Positions 28,517 through 38,077 of a stretch of DNA of 64,000 nucleotides are shown here, one piece after another (the first letter of the stretch is position 1; each line of letters begins with the position of its first letter). Position numbers and translations under genes: made by a program. The notes under the pieces were generated by a model. It was not told where the DNA came from, made no database searches, and was given only the letters and a program-made list of their open reading frames with translations. Source of the stretch: a phage; assembly GCA_009015555.1 (NCBI GenBank), contig GCA_009015555.1_3613.1. One strand, 5' to 3'.

Positions 28517-28858
28517 TCATCGTTTAGCTCCTTTCACAGACACAACAACCAAGAACTGGAATACCGCCAAGACGCCCATCAAGAATAACCCTGCGATAGT
28601 GGCAAAAAATATGAACGGTAAACCGTATACCGATGCCAAAACGCAACCACCGATAAACCCAGCCACAATCACCTCAATGCCCTCCAAGATGAACATGGCT
28701 TCACATTTCTTGTACTGATCTCGTAAGATAAAGAACAGCGCCACTGCCGAGAAGGCTATGAGGTAAATAATTAGGGTTGTCGGTGAAGTGATGGGTTTCA
28801 GGATTTCCCACCACCAATCCTGTGCCGCCGTCATCAGCCCAATAATCCTGTCAATCAT
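28517..28858 (-). CDS. membrane protein
   Basis: Three hydrophobic helices. Confidence 0.5.
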   Translation of the reverse strand: MIDRIIGLMTAAQDWWWEILKPITSPTTLIIYLIAFSAVALFFILRDQYKKCEAMFILEGIEVIVAGFIGGCVLASVYGLPFIFFATIAGLFLMGVLAVFQFLVVVSVKGAKR

Positions 28859-29127
28859 GATCCATACCTCGCTTCATAAAGGAAAGTGTCCAAATCTGTT
28901 TTGTTGTCCCAGCCCGGCTCGGAGACAGGCATCAGCCAATCTACGTTGAGGATCAGCATATCCCCTTTGCGGTCGAAGGACTCCCACCAACCGAACTCGT
29001 CGGCCTTGCTCAGGAAGACCATCTTCCCGTGGAACTCTTTTGGCCCGGCGTAGACCAAGGCATACCCGCCGGAGAACAACGTCCCCTCGTGCAGGTTGCA
29101 AGGGTCTTTGCGTGAATCGTCAATCAT
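28855..29127 (-). CDS. hypothetical protein
   Basis: 90-aa ORF. Confidence 0.45.
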   Translation of the reverse strand: MIDDSRKDPCNLHEGTLFSGGYALVYAGPKEFHGKMVFLSKADEFGWWESFDRKGDMLILNVDWLMPVSEPGWDNKTDLDTFLYEARYGS

Positions 29128-29333
29128 TTACGTGGTTTCCTCTTTGAGGGTTGTGGTTCACAGACCCGCGCCCGGTAGCAACTGTACTCAACGTAGCGCC
29201 AGGTTTTCTTTAAGTGCTCGATCAGTTCTTTGAGATGTTCCTCGGTCCGGGCATAGCCGCACACATGATAACAGTCCCCGACTGACATCCGGCACTTCAC
29301 ACTGTAGTGTGTTTCGAAGTTCTTGTCAATCAC
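29124..29333 (-). CDS. Cys-rich small protein
   Basis: GTG start overlapping the upstream stop (GTGA); CYHVCGY ... CYRARVC. Confidence 0.3.
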   Translation of the reverse strand: MIDKNFETHYSVKCRMSVGDCYHVCGYARTEEHLKELIEHLKKTWRYVEYSCYRARVCEPQPSKRKPRK

Positions 29334-29470
29334 TTCAACAACTCCCCTATCGCCAGCCCGGCGATCAGAAGCTCCAGCATACCAACCATCATTGCAATCA
29401 CCCAAATCACCTCATCCACAGGTCGGCGACCAAAACAGTGTGCCAGCAGCGTCATGAAAAATGTGATCAT
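29330..29470 (-). CDS. tiny membrane protein (46 aa)
   Basis: Hand-translated MITFFMTLLAHCFGRRPVDEVIWVIAMMVGMLELLIAGLAIGELLK; ATGA overlap. Confidence 0.3.
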   Translation of the reverse strand: MITFFMTLLAHCFGRRPVDEVIWVIAMMVGMLELLIAGLAIGELLK

Positions 29471-29763
29471 AATCCAAGTTCCTCCGCAGAATAAATGTCG
29501 TTGCCCTCATAACCACGGAACAGTACCATCACTGGGTCACAGCGGCCCTTGGTAGACATGAAACGCGACTTCTCGGCATTCACCAAGTAAACATCTTTGT
29601 TCACCGGAAATGTCTTTGGCTGACCCATACCGGGCGTTGCCACCGTGATACGGCTGTGCTTAGGGATCTTCTTGACGACTTCGACCTGCTTGCCGACCAG
29701 CGACTCGATCCCTTCACGTTCTGCGACCATATCCCGCACTACCGGGACCAGTAACTTAATCAT
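29467..29763 (-). CDS. hypothetical protein
   Basis: Start at internal ATG (MIKLLVPV). Confidence 0.4.
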   Translation of the reverse strand: MIKLLVPVVRDMVAEREGIESLVGKQVEVVKKIPKHSRITVATPGMGQPKTFPVNKDVYLVNAEKSRFMSTKGRCDPVMVLFRGYEGNDIYSAEELGL

Positions 29764-29971
29764 CCACAACCTCCACTTCATCTTCAAACAGGCAAACCGA
29801 CAATCCATCGGTGTTCTTCACCACATAGTACACCGGGGTTCCATCGTAGCCACCATAGGGTACACCTTGAACTTCCAGAATATCCCCGACCTTAGTCCGA
29901 GTGAACAGGGCCGGGTGCGACCAGCAACGGTTCATGCTGGCTACCTTGACCTTGACTTTAGTCACAATCAT
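29756..29971 (-). CDS. hypothetical protein
   Basis: 71-aa ORF. Confidence 0.45.
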   Translation of the reverse strand: MIVTKVKVKVASMNRCWSHPALFTRTKVGDILEVQGVPYGGYDGTPVYYVVKNTDGLSVCLFEDEVEVVDD

Positions 29972-30057
29972 ATAACCTCCTACTGGTTGATAAGGGGAGT
30001 TTACAGGGGTTTTATCGGGGAGTCAAACGAAAAAAGGCCCCCGAAGGGACCTTTTTA

Positions 30058-30576
30058 TTATTCTGCCGCTGCTTCAGGCATTGCCTCAGCAACTTCCGGC
30101 TCCGGAGTGAATACACGGAAAGAGGTTTCTGTCTCGATAGAGAAACGGTCATTGTGCCGACGCAGAAATGCGTATACCGAACGGGCCTGCGTGTTTGCGT
30201 ACATGATCATATCTGCCGGGTGGAACTCCAAACAGGAGTGGCCTGACGCCTGCACACGCTGAATAACATTATTCGCCTGCACGGTGATCACTTGGGCGAT
30301 AAAGTTACGCAGTTCGGTAGATGCCGTTCCAGTACGAACAAACTCCGACAGGTGCGGATAAAGATATTGCGGCACATTCCGATCCAGCGGATAGAACTGA
30401 GAGTCGTTCGGCACAGACGTCGAGAAGGTCACCTTCACAGAGTTACCAAGATTCTGCAAGATCGCATTCTCAAAAGCGGTTGTCACAATATCGGTGATGT
30501 CCACAACCGCACCATTTTTCATCGGCGGGATGTCAAAATCGTTACGTTCGCCACCACGTTGACGTTCAATAATCAT
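30058..30576 (-). CDS. hypothetical protein
   Basis: GAGGTGA RBS before ATG at 30576; follows the primase-helicase after a GC hairpin. Confidence 0.55.
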   Translation of the reverse strand: MIIERQRGGERNDFDIPPMKNGAVVDITDIVTTAFENAILQNLGNSVKVTFSTSVPNDSQFYPLDRNVPQYLYPHLSEFVRTGTASTELRNFIAQVITVQANNVIQRVQASGHSCLEFHPADMIMYANTQARSVYAFLRRHNDRFSIETETSFRVFTPEPEVAEAMPEAAAE

Positions 30577-30613
30577 AATCACCTCGAAGTAAATGGGGCC
30601 GAAGCCCCGTTAA

Positions 30614-32686
30614 TTAAAATGGGCAGTCATCATCCATTTCATCAGGCATGTCCGGGACTTCCGGGATGTCTGGGATAACGACAGGTTTTGTTTGAACAGG
30701 CTCCGGAGTTTCCTCCTTCGTCTGTTCCTCTTCCGGAACTTCCAGGCCCAGATCCTGCTGTTCAACCTGCTGTTCCTTGGCCTCTTCCTGTGCTGCCAGG
30801 AACTGCTCGTCCGCCGGAGGGATGTCATCATCCGTCAGGTCAGATCCGGTCTTATCTTGGTTCTCCGGAGACAGAGGTTGTGCTGCACTTCCCGTCGGCT
30901 CCTGATAAGAATCGTTGCTCGGATCATGTTCCGGGTGGACCGCATACCACTCACGGAGAGTTTCGTATGGACTGTCCAAGAACCCCTCTGGCGGTTCCAG
31001 ATAATCACCTGTGTCGATGTCGTAGAACACCGGGAACTTACCAGCACGACCGTGCTTACGGTCATCCAACAGCACAAACCAAGAGGTGTTGCGCTGCTTC
31101 ATTGGAAGCTCCGGGTCCTTATTACGCTCAATACCTACCATGTAGTAGGTGTTACGCATCATTGCACGGGAACCAGCAAACTGTGCCGACTGAACCTGAC
31201 CACCGAACTCGTGAGGCTTACCAGTCTCCGGCTTGTTCAGGTGACAGAAGCAACAATACCAGAAGCCCAGTTCCTTCGCAAGTTTGGAGATTTCATCAGA
31301 GAAACGCTCCAACTCCACGTTCGCTTCGGATGCAGACATACCCTGCACCAGACGAGTGATCGGGTCAATGAAGATGTCCTCACAACCCTCTACGATAACC
31401 GCATGGCGGATAGCGCCCTTAACCTCGTCCCATACTGCACGACCGTAGTTGTTGTAGTAGATGATGTTGTCACCTACCTTGTCGGTAGCCTCAATCAGTT
31501 CTTCCTGTTTGAAGTAACCACGCTGACCCTCGAAGACTTCCTCACCCCAGATGTCCCGGTAAGTTCCGTCCTCTTGTGGGATCATCACCTTCTCTGCGTT
31601 CACGAAATCCTTGTGGTACAGCTTACCAGCGACCTTCTTACACGTGATCTCGTTCTCTTCCTCGAACTTGAACACTGCGGCCTTACGGCCCTCTGTACCG
31701 ATGATGTGCTCCACAAGCTGGTTAAGCCACTCGGACTTACCCATCTTAACCCCGGCACCGACGAACATACCTTCCCCGAGACGACGGCCCAACGTCAGGC
31801 GCGTCATTGTAGGCCAAGGCCATTTCTTCCCGAGTTTAGGGATCTCGTGTGCCTTCTCACGGAACTGAGAGTAGGTCGCAAAGCCGTCCGGCACGTACTC
31901 TTTAGGCTTCATCGCTGCCCAGAAAAGCTGCTGCGCCAAGCCCTTATTGTACATGTCACAAGGGTCCATGTCTTCAGGGATATCGACGACTTTCATCTGT
32001 GGGATGACAGAATACACTGCCGCCACGGCATCTTTACCCTTCATGATACCCTTGGCTTTCTCAGTTTCGTTCGCCCGGTCGGCGTCGAAAGCCACAATGA
32101 TCTCTTCGAACTTACTCAGGAGCTTATAGTTGTTCTTCTGAGACAGGTTCTGTACTGCGTTGGATGTGCCGTTGGAGATTGACACAACCGTGAAGTTAGG
32201 CTTACGGGCATTGCCGTCCTTCGATTTGTAGTTCTCGCGGAGAACCTGCCACAAAATCGCTGCATCGTACTCACCTTCGGTGATGAAGATCATACGCTTG
32301 GACGACTTGTTGGCACCTTCCAGGCCAAACAGATCACAGGCTACTGACTGGAAGCCGATGGTGCTGAAGTGGCCCTTCTGCTGCTTAGGGATGGTCAGGT
32401 CGCGCTTCTTAAAACCAACGATCTTTCCTTCCAAAGTATATGGAAAATAATGCGCTTCCGGCGTCATACCGTCCTTAGCAGACAGTTTTGTGCGAATACC
32501 GAAGCGTTCAGCCGTCTTCTCATCAATCCCGCGCTCTGGGATCGCCTTGAAGGGATACGTCTTTACATCTTCAACTGTCTCTTCAACTCGCTGCACTCCG
32601 CCTCCAAAACCACGGGTGGTTGACGCCTTCGGGTTGGTGTACCCCGTCTTATATCCACCGAACAACCCTTCACCAAATGTGCTCAC
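30614..32686 (-). CDS. bifunctional primase-helicase (T7 gp4-like: TOPRIM + DnaB-type helicase)
   Basis: GTG start. TOPRIM-like FITEGEYDA ... VAFDAD; Walker A GAGVKMGKSEW; acidic C-terminal tail. Confidence 0.85.
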   Translation of the reverse strand: MSTFGEGLFGGYKTGYTNPKASTTRGFGGGVQRVEETVEDVKTYPFKAIPERGIDEKTAERFGIRTKLSAKDGMTPEAHYFPYTLEGKIVGFKKRDLTIPKQQKGHFSTIGFQSVACDLFGLEGANKSSKRMIFITEGEYDAAILWQVLRENYKSKDGNARKPNFTVVSISNGTSNAVQNLSQKNNYKLLSKFEEIIVAFDADRANETEKAKGIMKGKDAVAAVYSVIPQMKVVDIPEDMDPCDMYNKGLAQQLFWAAMKPKEYVPDGFATYSQFREKAHEIPKLGKKWPWPTMTRLTLGRRLGEGMFVGAGVKMGKSEWLNQLVEHIIGTEGRKAAVFKFEEENEITCKKVAGKLYHKDFVNAEKVMIPQEDGTYRDIWGEEVFEGQRGYFKQEELIEATDKVGDNIIYYNNYGRAVWDEVKGAIRHAVIVEGCEDIFIDPITRLVQGMSASEANVELERFSDEISKLAKELGFWYCCFCHLNKPETGKPHEFGGQVQSAQFAGSRAMMRNTYYMVGIERNKDPELPMKQRNTSWFVLLDDRKHGRAGKFPVFYDIDTGDYLEPPEGFLDSPYETLREWYAVHPEHDPSNDSYQEPTGSAAQPLSPENQDKTGSDLTDDDIPPADEQFLAAQEEAKEQQVEQQDLGLEVPEEEQTKEETPEPVQTKPVVIPDIPEVPDMPDEMDDDCPF

Positions 32687-32862
32687 TTCTTACCTCCCTC
32701 TTTCGGAGATTCAACCATTGTGGCAACATAAATCGTACTGCCATTGGGGTTAGTTCCCACAGAAACAGACCCTTGCAAGGTGTAACCGTAATCCCTGATC
32801 CATTTTCGGATCTGGCGCTCTAACTCCACCGGGTGAGTATACACCAACAGTTTAACTTCCAT
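32683..32862 (-). CDS. small hypothetical protein (59 aa)
   Basis: Hand-translated MEVKLLVYTHPVELERQIRKWIRDYGYTLQGSVSVGTNPNGSTIYVATMVESPKEGGKK; stop overlaps the primase GTG. Confidence 0.4.
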   Translation of the reverse strand: MEVKLLVYTHPVELERQIRKWIRDYGYTLQGSVSVGTNPNGSTIYVATMVESPKEGGKK

Positions 32863-33137
32863 TAAAAACCCCCGTCTTCTTCCAAAAACGCACGTGACAT
32901 TTCGGCATCACGAATTTGAGCCGAGATCTCAGCATAAATCACTTGACGGGGAATGTCAATGTCCAGCACATCACCTTCGAAGTAGACGGAAACCGAAATG
33001 ATGTCGAGGTAATCCTCTGCATCCCAGTCGCTTGCGGCGTTGGGAATGCCCTTATACAGCATCACTTCGGCTTCGACTACAACTTCCTGTCCGAAATCCT
33101 TGTGAAAATATGGGAACTCTACAGTTGTGCTACGCAT
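32862..33137 (-). CDS. hypothetical acidic protein
   Basis: 91-aa ORF. Confidence 0.5.
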   Translation of the reverse strand: MRSTTVEFPYFHKDFGQEVVVEAEVMLYKGIPNAASDWDAEDYLDIISVSVYFEGDVLDIDIPRQVIYAEISAQIRDAEMSRAFLEEDGGF

Positions 33138-33172
33138 GATAACTCCTTATTGATGATTTCTTAACTGATCTG

Positions 33173-33364
33173 TTACTTCTTACCGGAAATTTGGTCTTCT
33201 CTGACCTGTGTCTTGACTCCATCCGGCATTTCGACCAGATAAGCATTGCAGGTCAGGTATTCCTGTTGAAGCAGGACCTTACCTTCCCCGCGATAATCCC
33301 AGCGCTGATTGCCCTGGTCAAAGAGAACAACGTCGTTGATCTCATAAGCAAAAACAGGTTTCAT
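33173..33364 (-). CDS. hypothetical protein
   Basis: 63-aa ORF. Confidence 0.4.
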   Translation of the reverse strand: MKPVFAYEINDVVLFDQGNQRWDYRGEGKVLLQQEYLTCNAYLVEMPDGVKTQVREDQISGKK

Positions 33365-33576
33365 CGGAACTCCACCGCAGATACCTTTTCGAAACCATCC
33401 TCTGCGAGGTGCTTTTCGAACAGCTTTAGTAAACGTTCAGGGGTCGTACAGGCGCTCCCCGGGTAAATCAACCACATATAACCCTCAGCGCAGTTCAGGT
33501 TGATGGCGTATCCCAGCCCTGCGGCCCGATCAAAATCCCCTTCACCCTTCTTCACCAAACAACGGACATCTTTCAT
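33361..33576 (-). CDS. hypothetical protein
   Basis: Start at internal ATG; ATGA overlap. Confidence 0.4.
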   Translation of the reverse strand: MKDVRCLVKKGEGDFDRAAGLGYAINLNCAEGYMWLIYPGSACTTPERLLKLFEKHLAEDGFEKVSAVEFR

Positions 33577-33842
33577 CTTGGCCTCGTATGTGAATGGTCC
33601 GGCACAACGTACTTGGAGATAACTCCGACCAGCTTGGTCCGGCACTGCTGGGTCGCACCATAGGTCTTAACGGTATCCATGATGTCGATCACCAGCTTGT
33701 TGAACAAATCCGGGCGGATTCGAGGAGTTTCACGCTCACGCTGTAAAAGCTCCTCAATCGCGCTCTCAGCGATTTCTGCCATTTGCTGGGCGTTTCCATG
33801 ACATGCCTCGTCAAAACGCTCCCAGTGGCGTTCTGCGGTCAT
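33573..33842 (-). CDS. hypothetical protein
   Basis: Start at internal ATG. Confidence 0.4.
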   Translation of the reverse strand: MTAERHWERFDEACHGNAQQMAEIAESAIEELLQRERETPRIRPDLFNKLVIDIMDTVKTYGATQQCRTKLVGVISKYVVPDHSHTRPR

Positions 33843-33849
33843 TCTGACC

Positions 33850-34014
33850 CTATTCTGCTGCTCGGTTTCCACGGACTTCGATCTCCAGCTTAATTGCCGC
33901 CAACATTTCTTCCAGTTCTGCTTTGTTCTTCTCCACACGGCGAAGATCATCACGGCCCAGATCACGCAGGGCCAGAAGGTGACTCATGGACAGATTGCTC
34001 AGGTCTTTAGTCAT
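33850..34014 (-). CDS. small coiled-coil protein
   Basis: Start at internal ATG with 8-nt overlap on the upstream stop. Confidence 0.3.
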   Translation of the reverse strand: MTKDLSNLSMSHLLALRDLGRDDLRRVEKNKAELEEMLAAIKLEIEVRGNRAAE

Positions 34015-34435
34015 TGAGAGACTCCTCATATTTTTCCACCAGAGCATCAACAAAGTACGCATGGTGAACCCACGCAGATGCACATCCGTCTTTGTGAAGC
34101 TCTTCGGAGATTTCTCTACGAAGTTCTGCCGCAGGACCAACAATATTGCGGACGTGTTTGTCAAACGACTCCCAAGCGTTGGCCCGGCCCTCTTTGCCGG
34201 GGTCTCGTTTCGTCGTGTCAATTACGAAACAACCCTCTCCCCGGCGAAGCTCGTCGGAAGCAGAACGGTACATGGACCCGGTTTTACCGGAGAAGAAAAC
34301 GGATTTCTCCGTCATCTTCGTGATCACTGCCATCTCGAATGGCTTGGCCCCGGCATTTCCCCGGGAAAAGGCGATGTGGTCACCCACACGCGCCTCGATT
34401 CCGAAACAGTCCTTAATCACCACACACCTCAACAT
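34007..34435 (-). CDS. hypothetical protein (start uncertain)
   Basis: Frame open 34007-34519; start placed at an internal ATG to limit overlap. Confidence 0.4.
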   Translation of the reverse strand: MLRCVVIKDCFGIEARVGDHIAFSRGNAGAKPFEMAVITKMTEKSVFFSGKTGSMYRSASDELRRGEGCFVIDTTKRDPGKEGRANAWESFDKHVRNIVGPAAELRREISEELHKDGCASAWVHHAYFVDALVEKYEESLND

Positions 34436-34631
34436 CAGTTTCGAAACAGTAGAAGCCCTCGCATACCGTGCCGTCTTGGCGGGTAAAGTTGACGATGACC
34501 TCATCGTCATCGGCGTCAACAGAGACTACGACGCCCTTATCCCCCGGACTAACCCCGTCGAGGCTATAATCTTCCAGATTTTCCGGATTGAAGATAACCT
34601 TTTCGCCTACCGCTACCAGTTTGTTGCTCAT
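34413..34631 (-). CDS. hypothetical acidic protein
   Basis: 72-aa ORF; ATGA overlap with the helicase stop. Confidence 0.45.
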   Translation of the reverse strand: MSNKLVAVGEKVIFNPENLEDYSLDGVSPGDKGVVVSVDADDDEVIVNFTRQDGTVCEGFYCFETDVEVCGD

Positions 34632-35989
34632 ACCTCACCTCCAAAAATTTCAGGGAATGTCTCATGATAGAACTTACGGACACCTTGGTCAACAATAATG
34701 TCCTTCACACGTAGGCGCTTCATCAGGCGAAGACCTTCGGTGCTCGTCGCTCGGGACAGCATAACATAGGCTTGGCCCGGCGTGAAGGTGCCGAAACCTA
34801 AATCAATGTTCACTTTACCCAGCGTCAGGCCCTGTGCTTTGTGTCCGGTGATAGCATAGCCCAATTTGAACGGGAACTGCAAGTATTTCCCGATCTCTTT
34901 GTCAACCAGTACGGTCTGCTTCTCCATCACCTTGACAGTCTGCTTGGTGCCGTCTTCCAGTTCGATCTCCTTTTCAACCTGGACCATCTTTTCTTCCGGG
35001 ACCTGTGTCACGTTGGTCCACTCGTACTTGCCGATGTGGATCGGCTTTCCGTCAATGTCCACGATGACAAAAGTCTTGGCGATTTTCTTGATGATCCCCA
35101 CCGTACCGTTGACGTAATCTGGCTCCTTTTTCTTCTGGTCGTTGTCGTTAACAACAATCATGACCTTCAGACCTTCTTTCAGGTTCAGAACTTCGTTGAC
35201 CGGACGCTCCGGGAACTCGCCCGAGATCTTGGCTTCGAACACATGAGGCTGGGCCTTGATCTTCTCAAACTCCCGCTGGTTGATTTCCTCTGCGAGTTTG
35301 TTGGTGGTCGTTAAAGTCACCGCCCCTGGCAGGGCCGGGCCGAAACAGTGTTGGTTGAAGTAATCAACCGCCGCCCCGACGTTATTACCCACACGGATGT
35401 TGTTCAGGTGTTGAGCGAACACAGGATCAGACTGGCGGTGTACCTTCGGAAGATACGCATTGGTAAAATCCAGTTGGTTCCAAATATCCGAACCGAACGG
35501 GATTTCATTGCCGTGCAGTTCACGGAACATCGCCGTCTCTTCGCGCTTCAGAACAGGCTTGATCTGGAAACCGTCGCCAAACATGATGACCTGAAGGCCA
35601 CCGAAAGGCTTGTTTACCTTGCGGTGATAACGCAGCTTCATGTCGATCTCCCGCAGCTTGTCGCTACGAATCATGGAGATTTCGTCGAACACGATAGCGT
35701 CCAGCGCATTAGATGCCATCAGCATCGCAGGCTTCTTGGACTTCGCTTTGTAATCTTCCTTGGTGGTAACACCAAACGTCAGACCAAAAGCCTTGTGAGC
35801 GGTGATCCCTGAAATGTTCAGCGCCGCAATCCCTGTCGGTGCAACGAACAGGAAACTGTCAGCGAAGAACTCACGCAGAGTGGCAATCATCAAGCTCTTG
35901 CCAGATCCACCTGGCCCGGTGATGAACACGTTATCACCCGCCATGATGGCTCGCATTGCTTCTTCGTTACCAATTACTGTTTTACCCAT
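34628..35989 (-). CDS. SF1 DNA helicase (Dda/RecD/Pif1-like)
   Basis: Walker A GPGGSGKS; Walker B VFDEISM; further helicase-like motifs toward the C-terminus. Confidence 0.85.
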   Translation of the reverse strand: MGKTVIGNEEAMRAIMAGDNVFITGPGGSGKSLMIATLREFFADSFLFVAPTGIAALNISGITAHKAFGLTFGVTTKEDYKAKSKKPAMLMASNALDAIVFDEISMIRSDKLREIDMKLRYHRKVNKPFGGLQVIMFGDGFQIKPVLKREETAMFRELHGNEIPFGSDIWNQLDFTNAYLPKVHRQSDPVFAQHLNNIRVGNNVGAAVDYFNQHCFGPALPGAVTLTTTNKLAEEINQREFEKIKAQPHVFEAKISGEFPERPVNEVLNLKEGLKVMIVVNDNDQKKKEPDYVNGTVGIIKKIAKTFVIVDIDGKPIHIGKYEWTNVTQVPEEKMVQVEKEIELEDGTKQTVKVMEKQTVLVDKEIGKYLQFPFKLGYAITGHKAQGLTLGKVNIDLGFGTFTPGQAYVMLSRATSTEGLRLMKRLRVKDIIVDQGVRKFYHETFPEIFGGEV

Positions 35990-36174
35990 TACGCCTCTGC
36001 CTCAAATTTGGTGGTGCCAATGATTTTGGCCTCACTGATTTCAATATTCGTGTGGCCTTTCTTTGCCAAACGGCTGGCCTTCAGTGTTGCCGCCTGCGGA
36101 TCGTCAACTTTGGCGCGAACGCTTTGACCATAACCCGCATCGGATGATACCAGAAAAACAGACTTCTCTTCCAT
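35989..36174 (-). CDS. hypothetical protein
   Basis: 61-aa ORF. Confidence 0.4.
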   Translation of the reverse strand: MEEKSVFLVSSDAGYGQSVRAKVDDPQAATLKASRLAKKGHTNIEISEAKIIGTTKFEAEA

Positions 36175-36183
36175 ACACTCCCC

Positions 36184-36372
36184 TTAATCGTGAGCCAAAC
36201 AAGCAGTGATTACAGTTGCCAAGAGGAACATCAAGGCTCCCCACCCCATCAAATACGGGACCTGGGATGAGAACTGTGCCATCATCTCAGGGAAAAAGAA
36301 CTGTGCGCCCCAGCGGGCCGGGAATATCCAAACCAGCATGAATGTAATGAACAGAATGATAAGATTTCTCAT
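36184..36372 (-). CDS. small membrane protein (two TM)
   Basis: 62 aa, two hydrophobic helices; immediately downstream of the wall hydrolase. Confidence 0.4.
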   Translation of the reverse strand: MRNLIILFITFMLVWIFPARWGAQFFFPEMMAQFSSQVPYLMGWGALMFLLATVITACLAHD

Positions 36373-36902
36373 GTCGCCTTTTCCTCTTTTGGTTTATAAA
36401 ACACATGGTAGCCGATAGTGGCTGTTTTCGTAAAGAACTTTCTCCAGTATGGCTTGACCTTCTTCGTGTGGAAGTGAGTCGCACCATGTGTTGGGTCCAG
36501 CTTGTTGTACAATACCTCATTATTCCGGATCTTGTAAAGGAATCTCGCAATATCTTGTGCGACCATCCAAGACTCCCGATCCCTGACTGCATAGCCGTTT
36601 CTTGCCATTGTCCAGGAAAATTGTGCAGATTGATACACAACCTTCCTGACTGACCCGGGATACCCGTCGTGCTTTAGCCTGTTCAGAGTAACAAATCCAA
36701 CCGCCATCTGTCCACTGATATTTTCCCCACGCGACTCGAAATAAATATTGCAGGCCAGTGCGTTGACCGACGAGTCATTGTTTTTGCACACATGAACAAC
36801 CGGGGCGAGCTTTTTCTTCGGTGCGTTATCTTTTGCCAAAGCAGATACTGGGGCGAAAGATAAAGCGCTGGCTGCGAATAGTGCAGCGATGCTCTTTTTC
36901 AT
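36369..36902 (-). CDS. secreted cell-wall hydrolase (SleB/CwlJ Hydrolase_2 family)
   Basis: Signal peptide MKKSIAALFAASALSFAPVSALA; NIYFESRGE ... GQMAVGFVTLNR ... YQSAQFSW conserved block. Confidence 0.75.
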   Translation of the reverse strand: MKKSIAALFAASALSFAPVSALAKDNAPKKKLAPVVHVCKNNDSSVNALACNIYFESRGENISGQMAVGFVTLNRLKHDGYPGSVRKVVYQSAQFSWTMARNGYAVRDRESWMVAQDIARFLYKIRNNEVLYNKLDPTHGATHFHTKKVKPYWRKFFTKTATIGYHVFYKPKEEKAT

Positions 36903-36951
36903 CCAAACTCCTAAATGAGAAAGGCCCAGTTTATCACTGAGCCTTTAGAAG

Positions 36952-37332
36952 TCAAGCCTTTTTGGAGGCTTGAGCGAGAACTCCCTTCTTAACATCTTCC
37001 CAAAGAGAATTGAGGAAAGGGTCGTTGGTGATCACGTCGGCATACCAAGGGCCGTAGATACGGTACACGGAATCGACGGTGATCGCGTACAAATGCCCAG
37101 AATGGACGGCAAGGCCAGTCACGTAGCCAGTACGCACTTGGGTCCCATCCTTACCTGTCTTCCGGCGCTTCGCCTCATTGAACTCGATATAACCTGTCAA
37201 TGTGACAATCTTCTCCGGGACCTGAAGATCCGGGAGTTTTTCGTGGCTAAGGACCTGATTCCCAGATTTACATCCCTCCAGGCACAGATTTCCGCCGTAC
37301 TTCTTCCCGTACTTACGGGCAAACTCAGCCAT
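36952..37332 (-). CDS. hypothetical protein
   Basis: Start at internal ATG (MAEFARK). Confidence 0.45.
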   Translation of the reverse strand: MAEFARKYGKKYGGNLCLEGCKSGNQVLSHEKLPDLQVPEKIVTLTGYIEFNEAKRRKTGKDGTQVRTGYVTGLAVHSGHLYAITVDSVYRIYGPWYADVITNDPFLNSLWEDVKKGVLAQASKKA

Positions 37333-37855
37333 TTTGATCGTGGACAATTTCACTCTCCTTCAGAACATAAATGGTCACATCGAAGTCTCTCAGGCGACCT
37401 TCAATCATCCGAGATATGATACCCCAATCGCCACCTGCGAGTCCAGCCCCTATTTTTGGTAGCCCGATACGAAGGTCTTGGGTACTCATATCCAGAGTAC
37501 GACACTTGGCATGGAGAGATACCGCCATTGCAGACAGGGCCGAACGCAATGCCCAGTAATCGAGGTCCATCTTACCCTCTCTGCGCCCGGTGAAGGTGTA
37601 TTGACCGTACAGATTGTAAACCAGTAAACCATTTTTGCAGAAGGCCGACGACAAAGTTCCCAGTTTAGCCCGATCACCACGGGTGGTCATTTGGTCTGCC
37701 GTCCACGCTTCCGGAAAAGCTGACGCAATCTTTGGGGCAATACCAGACTTCATGGTATTCATGCAGTTACAGCAGTGGGCTATCACGTTTACCTCTCCAG
37801 CCTGCGCCGCAGAGATCAGATCGCCCACACGGTATGTCATTTTACCACAAGGCAT
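37325..37855 (-). CDS. macro-domain protein (ADP-ribose binding / ADP-ribosyl hydrolase-like)
   Basis: VNVIAHCCNCMNTMKSGIAPKIA resembles the macro vvNAAN..l.gGgGva.aI block; later GLPKIGAGLAGG resembles fPaIstGiyG. Start chosen at MPCGK. Confidence 0.65.
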   Translation of the reverse strand: MPCGKMTYRVGDLISAAQAGEVNVIAHCCNCMNTMKSGIAPKIASAFPEAWTADQMTTRGDRAKLGTLSSAFCKNGLLVYNLYGQYTFTGRREGKMDLDYWALRSALSAMAVSLHAKCRTLDMSTQDLRIGLPKIGAGLAGGDWGIISRMIEGRLRDFDVTIYVLKESEIVHDQNG

Positions 37856-37856
37856 A

Positions 37857-38069
37857 TTAAAGTTCACCCCGCTTCGCCTTCTGGCACATCTGGAGAACGT
37901 CATAGCAAGACTGCTTGACGATCCACGGCTCGCCACGGTACAGGGTAATCAGGGTTCCCTTGCGGTCTTTCCCTTCTACTTCGGTCACCTGCGGGTGAAA
38001 CTCCCGGATATTTGCAACATCGAGGCAGATTGGTTCTTCAGACGCTAGTTGGTTCAGGTATACGAACAT
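37857..38069 (-). CDS. hypothetical protein
   Basis: 70-aa ORF. Confidence 0.4.
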   Translation of the reverse strand: MFVYLNQLASEEPICLDVANIREFHPQVTEVEGKDRKGTLITLYRGEPWIVKQSCYDVLQMCQKAKRGEL

Positions 38070-38077
38070 AAACCCTC

